Below are positions 18,592 through 24,000 of a stretch of DNA of 24,000 nucleotides, one piece after another (position 1 is the stretch's first letter; each line of letters starts with the position of its first letter). The position numbers and the translations under genes were made by a program. The stretch is from Scandinavium sp. (lineage in GTDB: Bacteria; Pseudomonadota; Gammaproteobacteria; Enterobacterales; Enterobacteriaceae), in the NCBI RefSeq assembly GCF_036271055.1, contig NZ_DATBBJ010000099.1:51216-75215 (forward strand). The letters run 5' to 3'. The notes under the pieces were generated by a model. It worked only from the letters and a program-made list of their open reading frames with translations. It searched no databases and was not told the DNA's origin.

Positions 18592-19621
18592 GTACCCACT
18601 TAATAACTGGAGTCTGTTGTTGGCCGTTAATGATATCGGACAACGTATCCTGTGCTGATTCAATTAGCGGCATGCGCTTATCACTATCACTGAGCAGGTG
18701 ACTTTCTATCACCTCATGGGCCTTTTGCAGAGTTTTATTGTAGATTTGTGTGAAGGTAGTTTTCATGACTGTGGTACCGAGTCCCAGACCGTTCATGCCA
18801 CTCTGACATAAATCCTTCCACAATAATTCATGAATGAACGAAAAGAAGCCCATGTCATACGGTAAGCCTGTAATAACATCAGTACTTCGGGATGTTGTTT
18901 CGCAGTACAGGGCATTATTCTTTATGTAAAATTGAATGCCGACGGTGCAGGGAAAATCTTTGGTGTCTGACTTGTGGTAATTCTGATTAATGTTAATAAT
19001 AGCTCTGCGAGAATCCCGGTTAGCCATCAGAACATGCTTTGCCCAGTTATACTGGTTGCCGTATCCTTCTACAGGTTCATAAAAGACATAATACCCATAG
19101 TTTGAATTAACGTTACCGTCATCATCGGTCAGGCTCATCCAGAATTTTGAGGCTTTCGCCAGCCCGTCTTCAGCCTTCAGGCTTCCCTTAAAGTAGGCAA
19201 CAAACTCTCTGGCAAGATACCGAATAGCTCCTTGTCTGGTGGTATGCAATCTGTTCAGAGGGTGCCTTAATAAATAGTTTACACCATAGGCCTGCTGCGC
19301 ATCACCTGCGCGAGATGAGATGGATTCCCCTTCTGCAAGAATATGGTAAACCCCATTTCTGACGAGTTCATCGACTGAATCCGCTGCAATCGTTTTGTAG
19401 TTATTACATGAAGTGATAATGCCGTTATCCATGACGCATCCTTTGCTGAGTAATAAACATATATCACAATCCATATTAAGAATATCGACGAGGAATTTAT
19501 TGTCTATGTTTTTTTGGCTTTTATAAGCTAGGTGCATTCCAGTTATGCAATTATAAAGAGAAGGGGGTTTAGCACCGCTAAAGGATGTGTCAGTGAATTG
19601 AATGGTCTGATATTTCATCAT
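18575..19621 (-). CDS. thymidylate-synthase-superfamily enzyme, closest to T4 gp42-type deoxycytidylate (or CMP) 5-hydroxymethyltransferase
   Basis: Motifs collinear with remembered T4 gp42 and ThyA: YLAREFVAYF (gp42 YIQRELEWY), GNVNSNYGYYVF (gp42 GEINSNYGWAIW), NRDSRRAIINI (NPDSRRGIMIY), DFPCTVGIQFYI (catalytic Cys; gp42 DFMCTNTVQYLI; ThyA APCHAFFQFYV), TSRSTDVITGLPYDMGFF (gp42 NMRSNDVVFGFRNDYAW; ThyA YQRSCDVFLGLPFNIAS). Confidence 0.85.
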   Translation of the reverse strand: MMKYQTIQFTDTSFSGAKPPSLYNCITGMHLAYKSQKNIDNKFLVDILNMDCDICLLLSKGCVMDNGIITSCNNYKTIAADSVDELVRNGVYHILAEGESISSRAGDAQQAYGVNYLLRHPLNRLHTTRQGAIRYLAREFVAYFKGSLKAEDGLAKASKFWMSLTDDDGNVNSNYGYYVFYEPVEGYGNQYNWAKHVLMANRDSRRAIININQNYHKSDTKDFPCTVGIQFYIKNNALYCETTSRSTDVITGLPYDMGFFSFIHELLWKDLCQSGMNGLGLGTTVMKTTFTQIYNKTLQKAHEVIESHLLSDSDKRMPLIESAQDTLSDIINGQQQTPVIKWVHAHAE

Positions 19622-20220
19622 GATACTATTGAGGCCTTGCCAGGCCGGTGTTTCTTTTGTTATTTTCTGAGTGAATATATTAAGTGTCTGTGAATTTTCG
19701 CGGTTTAATCTATGTCTTTTAATTAATTAGACCTGTGTCACGTTTTTGATATTATTACAGACGACGGCGTTTTAAAATTAAACGAGGGGGCTTCATGACC
19801 GGATTCGTCATCCAATACGACGCTATCTCCTTACAATAAAAAGCCCATACAGAGGTAGGAAGCGACCTGCGCCAGTCACTGTCCTGATGCTTAGCCTAGC
19901 CCACAAACTCCAGCATGTCCCCTGCCAGCAGCCTGAATGTATGCATACTGTCCGTGGTAGCGGTGATCGCAGTCTCTCCTGCATCGGTGGCCAGAGAGTT
20001 GCCCTTTAGTTCCCCTAGCACAACAGCCAGTGACCCTCTATCGGTTTGCATGGACCTAATGCTGTCGAGTATGCACTCAGCGGTGCAGATATGTAACATT
20101 CGGTAGGCTAGCAATCAGGTGCACACGATTGCATCTTCCTGTCTTAGCATCAGAATTGCGACTCAGGGTGGAAGATAGGTCTGACAATCCCTTGTTTGTC
20201 TTACTGGTAAGCACTGAATG

Positions 20221-20278
20221 CAACTACAAACTTTTTTACTGAAAAAATCCCTCAAAGCTACAAACTTTATTGTCGATC
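20221..20278. repeat. right arm of the two-module imperfect inverted repeat bounding the island
   Basis: caactacaaac (20221-20231) and aagctacaaactttattgtcgatc (20255-20278) are mirror images of the inner and outer modules at 14659-14669 and 14626-14649. The spacer is 23 nt here and 9 nt on the left. Confidence 0.65.
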
Positions 20279-20403
20279 CATAAGAGGTGTAAGAGCAGAA
20301 CAACAGGGAAGGCATCAATAGCACAAAATAATTCCCTGTTTTTATCGTGGGAATGTATGATGCTTCACCCTTTTGCCCGAGCCAGGATTAAGACAAAGAA
20401 CGC

Positions 20404-20583
20404 ATGAACATTTACGTGATTATGTCCGTGACCCTATCATTAAAGCTGCTGTTTACGTTTTTCGTCTATAAGAAAAACAAACAGAGCTTCAAAAGATTGA
20501 GCCTGCCCGCAAAAGGGGCCGTGATTGGCGGAGGCTGGCTTGCCAGCTATGGCCTTCTACAGATTGTCGAAGGTTTCATCTAA
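20404..20583 (+). CDS. possible 59-aa small membrane protein
   Basis: ATG at 20404. MNIYVIMSVTLSLKLLFTFFVYKKNKQSFKRLSLPAKGAVIGGGWLASYGLLQIVEGFI has two hydrophobic segments separated by a basic loop. The SD is weak and the 3' end overlaps the convergent NlpC/P60 gene by 8 nt. The ORF is below the track's length cut-off. Confidence 0.3.
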   Translation: MNIYVIMSVTLSLKLLFTFFVYKKNKQSFKRLSLPAKGAVIGGGWLASYGLLQIVEGFI

Positions 20584-21172
20584 CGACGGTCTCTGGCAAC
20601 ACTCTACGCACTGCCAGCAGGCGACGGTTCCAGTAAGGGTCATTCAGCTGTGAAATGGTGACCCCTTTCCGGCGGGATGCGTGAATAAACCGATTTTCCC
20701 CGATATAAATCCCCACATGTTTTTGCGCTCGCCCGGTTTTAAAGAACACCAGATCGCCAATCCGCCTCGTACCCTGCTTCGCTCTTTTACCTCTTGTTAA
20801 TTGCCCGGTCGTTGTTCGCGGCAAGTTCACGTCAAACGCATCCTGATACAAGCGGCGGGTCAGTGCAGAGCAATCAATCGCTTTGTGCGAGTTTGCTCCC
20901 AGTCGATAGCGGGTGCCTTTCCATTGTTTGTACTGGTTCATCAGGCGGGTACGGCGTTTGAGATTTGCCGCAGTTTTAATGGGCTTTGAGGCTGTCTGAA
21001 TTTTAATCGGTTTTGCGGTTGTTTTTTTATGCTTGTGTTTATGCTTCGTGCTTGTTTTGGTGTGTGTTTTTTTGTGATGAGGGGCGGCGTGATGATCACG
21101 AGCAGCCTGCGCGCTACAGTGGAAGGAAAACAATAAACAGAACAATAAGACAAGGCGCAGAGACATAATCAC
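20576..21172 (-). CDS. secreted NlpC/P60-family peptidoglycan endopeptidase with a His/Lys/Thr-rich linker
   Basis: Signal peptide MIMSLRLVLLFCLLFSFHCSAQA. NlpC/P60 catalytic pattern: AIDCSALTRRLY (Cys), HVGIYIGENRFIHAS (His...His). Confidence 0.85.
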   Translation of the reverse strand: MIMSLRLVLLFCLLFSFHCSAQAARDHHAAPHHKKTHTKTSTKHKHKHKKTTAKPIKIQTASKPIKTAANLKRRTRLMNQYKQWKGTRYRLGANSHKAIDCSALTRRLYQDAFDVNLPRTTTGQLTRGKRAKQGTRRIGDLVFFKTGRAQKHVGIYIGENRFIHASRRKGVTISQLNDPYWNRRLLAVRRVLPETVVR

Positions 21173-21337
21173 TATCGAGTTATTAATCGTAAATGAACAA
21201 AAATTTCTATGGCTGAATGCTACGTTTTTTAGGTGTGATGAGCAACGCTGAAAAAGTAAATTGCAAATTTAAATGAAGAATTGATCACCATCACTTTTGA
21301 TAGTGCGACACGTTTTGATAGAAACTTAAACAGAATA

Positions 21338-21373
21338 GAGAAAGAAAATAGCCAGGGAGAGTGGCTCTCCCTG
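21338..21373 (-). terminator. rho-independent terminator candidate after the LuxR-type gene
   Basis: A 9-bp stem, cagggagag (21353-21361) with ctctccctg (21365-21373), and a 3-nt loop. On the minus strand it is followed by the T-rich tract ctATTTTCTTTCTC. Confidence 0.5.
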
Positions 21374-21395
21374 CTGGCCTGAGCAAATGAAATTT

Positions 21396-22034
21396 TTAGG
21401 CTTGTTGCGAAAGCAGTCCGTGCAATTTTGACCCATTACTGCGTGAAATTGCCGTTTTGATACGCAGCATCGCCAGCGTATTTTTTGATTTCATGCGCAG
21501 TTTATGTTGAATATTCACGCGATGACCGCTGGCCGTTTTCTGCGAGATATCCAGTTCACGGGCAATTTTTACATTTTGCAGGTGGAATACTTCAAGGATA
21601 TCCAGTTCACGTTGAGTGAGGACATTCTGACGCGGCTTTGGAAAATAACGAACAATTTTCTGGATATAATGCGGAGTGCATTCCATGGAAGAGAACACCA
21701 CGTCACCAATCTTAAAGCAATGATCTTTAATGATATCCTGCATCAGAATCATGTACTTGAGATGCAACTGATTCACTTTCTTAATGAAGTAATCGCGCAG
21801 GAAAAGATTTTCAATACCAACAACTAAATAGTTGTCCTGATTATAGGATTCAAGGTACGCGTCAATATCACGCTTGTCTGAAATCTGATGAGAGTCGAAA
21901 ACTTGCGATTCGATACCTGTGCACAGATAGAAATTATCGCTAACAAAGCTAATGTTCATAATAGAGGGATATCCCTGTTCGGTATTTAAAAGGAAAACAA
22001 GGCCGTTTATATTTAATTTTAAATTATCGGCCAC
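21396..22034 (-). CDS. orphan LuxR/GerE-type HTH transcriptional regulator with an atypical (non-receiver-like) N-domain
   Basis: The C-terminal LTQRELDILEVFHLQNVKIARELDISQKTASGHRVNIQHKL is a GerE-type HTH. Architecture resembles GadE/YhiF(DctR)-type regulators. The GTG start at 22034 is uncertain; an internal ATG at 21959 is the alternative. Confidence 0.7.
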   Translation of the reverse strand: MADNLKLNINGLVFLLNTEQGYPSIMNISFVSDNFYLCTGIESQVFDSHQISDKRDIDAYLESYNQDNYLVVGIENLFLRDYFIKKVNQLHLKYMILMQDIIKDHCFKIGDVVFSSMECTPHYIQKIVRYFPKPRQNVLTQRELDILEVFHLQNVKIARELDISQKTASGHRVNIQHKLRMKSKNTLAMLRIKTAISRSNGSKLHGLLSQQA

Positions 22035-22592
22035 CTACTTATCGGCCCAAACAGTACGGTTATTACCCAGGTGATGTAAACCGCAAAAATGTTAAATGTC
22101 TTTTTTTGAATATTTAAAACAATATATAACCATTTGTTTTGTAATGTTTTATTGAGGTGGGGTTTGCGGTGAAAATAATATGAAGTTACATATCGTATGA
22201 TTTTACTGCTGTAAACAACGCTGAAATGGATTATCAGGGAGAGAATTTTCTCATTCGCCACTTCGGTAAAGCATGTTCTGACATTTTGCTGTTTCGTTTC
22301 AGACTTGCCCTGCTGACGGGAAGCATTCTTTCCTTCTTCGCGTTTTATACTCTGCTCCTTTTCCGTTCCTCGTAACAGTGCTAACACTCCTAAAATGAAT
22401 AATAAAATGTGGCCGCGATCATTAAATCAAAGTCATACCCTCCGCTTTGTTGAGCTTAGGTTGAAGTTATGTGCGTACGGCTTGATATCAGCGTTATTAC
22501 AATGAGATGAAAATTTAATGTTGGCGAAAGTGGGTTTCATTAAAACCCTTTTACAACAATGAGTTGGCCTGTATTTTTAAATGCTTTGAATT

Positions 22593-22609
22593 CTTAATAT
22601 TATCCTAAT
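22593..22609 (+). promoter_or_regulatory. PmrA(BasR)-box-like direct repeat upstream of arnB
   Basis: CTTAAT-attat-CCTAAT, compared with the established PmrA box YTTAAK-N5-YTTAAK (one mismatch in the second half-site). It lies about 140 nt upstream of the arnB ATG. arnB (pmrH/pbgP) is a classic PmrA target. Confidence 0.55.
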
Positions 22610-22748
22610 GTATATCCGCTAATTTAAATCATGTTGAGCTGGTGTTTATCAACTCGCAGTTTTCGACCCTATTTATTATTACTTCGTTTAACTCTGCGAG
22701 CGCAGGATGGTTTCGGTCTAACCTCAACGTTCAGGGTAAGGATAATCA

Positions 22749-23888
22749 ATGAGTGAATTTTTACCTTTCTCACGCCCGTCTATGGGAGATGAGGAGTTTG
22801 CCGCGCTGAAAGGCGTGTTGCAGTCGGGCTGGATCACAACAGGCCCGAAGAATGCTCAGCTCGAAGAGGCGTTTTGCGCCTTAACTGGCAACCGCAACGC
22901 GATTGCCGTGAGCTCTGCGACCGGCGGGATGCACGTGACTCTGATGGCGCTCGACATCGGGCCGGGCGACGAAGTGATTACTCCCTCGCAGACCTGGGTT
23001 TCCACGCTCAATATGATTGAACTGCTGGGTGCGACCCCAGTAATGATTGACGTTAACCACGACACGTTGATGGTCACCCCGGAGGCCGTCGCGGCGGCTA
23101 TCACGGCACGTACTAAAGCCATTATTCCCGTTCACTATGCCGGTGCGCCGTGCGATATCGACGCCATCCGCGCCATTGCCGCACAGCACGGTATTCCGGT
23201 CATTGAAGATGCCGCCCACGCTGCGGGCACTTATTACAAAGGCCGCCACGTTGGTGACAAAGGCACAGCGATTTTCTCCTTCCACGCGATCAAAAACATG
23301 ACCTGCGCCGAAGGTGGCCTGATTGTCACTGATGATGACCAGCTTGCGTTACGCATTCGCAGCCTGAAATTTCACGGTCTGGGCGTGGATGCTTATGACC
23401 GCCAGACTCACGGTCGTGCACCGCAGGCTGAAGTGATTTCTCCAGGCTTTAAATACAACCTCGCGGACATCAACGCCGCACTGGCGCTGGTTCAGCTCGG
23501 TAAACTGCGTCAGGCGAATATTCGCCGAAGCGAGATTGCGCAGCGCTATCTCACTGAACTGGCTGATACGCCTTTCCAGCCGCTGGCAATACCGGCTTGG
23601 TCGCACCAGCACGCCTGGCACCTGTTTATCATTCGCGTAGATGAAACCCGCTGCGGCATCAGCCGTGACTGTCTGATGGAACAACTGAAAGCGCAGGGTA
23701 TCGGCACCGGGCTGCATTTCCGCGCCGCGCACACGCAAAAATACTACCGCGAACGCTATCCACACCTCTCCTTGCCGAACACGGAGTGGAACAGCGCCCG
23801 CATCTGTTCTCTGCCTCTTTTCCCGGATATGACTCATGACGACACAACCCGCGTCATTTCTGCGCTCCGTCAGCTCGCAGGACATTGA
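22749..23888 (+). CDS. arnB: UDP-4-amino-4-deoxy-L-arabinose--oxoglutarate aminotransferase
   Basis: [13 protein letters not shown]...GWITTGPKN...SFHAIKN (PLP Lys)...; collinear with remembered E. coli ArnB; AAGGA SD upstream. Confidence 0.95.
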   Translation: MSEFLPFSRPSMGDEEFAALKGVLQSGWITTGPKNAQLEEAFCALTGNRNAIAVSSATGGMHVTLMALDIGPGDEVITPSQTWVSTLNMIELLGATPVMIDVNHDTLMVTPEAVAAAITARTKAIIPVHYAGAPCDIDAIRAIAAQHGIPVIEDAAHAAGTYYKGRHVGDKGTAIFSFHAIKNMTCAEGGLIVTDDDQLALRIRSLKFHGLGVDAYDRQTHGRAPQAEVISPGFKYNLADINAALALVQLGKLRQANIRRSEIAQRYLTELADTPFQPLAIPAWSHQHAWHLFIIRVDETRCGISRDCLMEQLKAQGIGTGLHFRAAHTQKYYRERYPHLSLPNTEWNSARICSLPLFPDMTHDDTTRVISALRQLAGH

Positions 23889-23889
23889 T

Positions 23890-24000
23890 ATGTTTGAAGC
23901 GCCGAAAGTTAAAAAAGTCTCGGTGGTGATCCCTGTTTATAACGAACAGGAAAGCCTGCCAGAGCTGATTCGCCGTACCGACGCCGCGTGCGCCACGTTG
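23890..24000 (+). CDS. arnC: undecaprenyl-phosphate 4-deoxy-4-formamido-L-arabinose transferase, 5' part (runs off the window)
   Basis: The ATG lies 1 nt after the arnB stop. [30 protein letters not shown] matches the ArnC N-terminus (GT2 family). Confidence 0.9.
   Translation, partial: MFEAPKVKKVSVVIPVYNEQESLPELIRRTDAACATL

Noticed and set aside
19870-19879. On the minus strand, GTGACTGGCG resembles the conserved GUGACUGGCG core of the ZTP (pfl) riboswitch. It lies upstream of an operon with two folate-dependent enzymes.
   Set aside because: Only a 10-nt match. I cannot find the obligatory 3' CCGCCUGGGC-type subdomain or the GGGUGG..CCACC P2 helix downstream, and the site is about 250 nt from the start codon. 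A covariance-model scan (Rfam pfl/ZTP) would settle it; I expect a negative result.
19915-20106. 63-aa plus-strand ORF antisense to the decayed ORF at 19896-20114.
   Set aside because: It is Ser/Ala/Val-rich with no SD and no recognisable motif, and it mirrors the opposite-strand frame. I cannot support either as a functional gene. Only the minus-strand one is discussed, as a possible remnant.
22019-22387. 122-aa minus-strand ORF in the arnB upstream region.
   Set aside because: It lies in an AT-rich promoter region, has low-complexity Lys/Ile/Tyr-rich composition and no SD, and its 3' end overlaps the start of the LuxR-type gene. It looks like a chance ORF.
1-24000. Looked for CRISPR repeats, tRNA/rRNA genes, intact IS elements, integrases and integron attC-type sites, especially at the island borders.
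   Set aside because: None found by eye. There are no regularly spaced direct repeats and no cloverleaf-capable segments adjacent to the island ends. The GTTTGTAG modules do not fit the integron GTTRRRY core. A tRNAscan, ISfinder or CRISPR-detection run could confirm.

Overview
Enterobacterial chromosomal window; the core proteins closely match my recollection of the E. coli K-12 orthologues. The backbone is the K-12 block treF ... gor-rlmJ-prlC-rsmJ-uspA-uspB-pitA-yhiN in inverted orientation, ending in arnB-arnC, which is not K-12 synteny. There are three accessory differences. (1) Between treF and gor, where K-12 has the acid-fitness island, ars and dinQ/agrAB, there is a ~3 kb AT-rich segment. 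It carries an AmpH-like serine-hydrolase lipoprotein, a small secreted highly charged protein and a frameshifted IprA/YaiV-like regulator. (2) dtpB is missing between rsmJ and uspA, and a REP pair sits there instead. (3) Directly after the yhiN stop codon lies a ~5.6 kb AT-rich segment (14626-20278) bounded by imperfect two-module inverted repeats. It carries a tightly packed five-gene minus-strand operon: T4 gp42-like (d)CMP hydroxymethylase homologue, DUF84/YjjX-like NTPase, ATZ/TRZ-type deaminase-like amidohydrolase, PurN-like formyltransferase and an MFS transporter. This operon is my top candidate for an undescribed system, either a modified-pyrimidine metabolite pathway or a nucleotide-pool-manipulating module; its function is inferred only. 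Between the island and arnB are a 59-aa membrane ORF, a secreted NlpC/P60 peptidase with a His/Lys-rich linker, an orphan LuxR-type regulator and a PmrA-box-like site. I found no rRNA, tRNA, CRISPR array or intact IS/transposase. All calls come from reading the sequence and from remembered family motifs; no searches were run.
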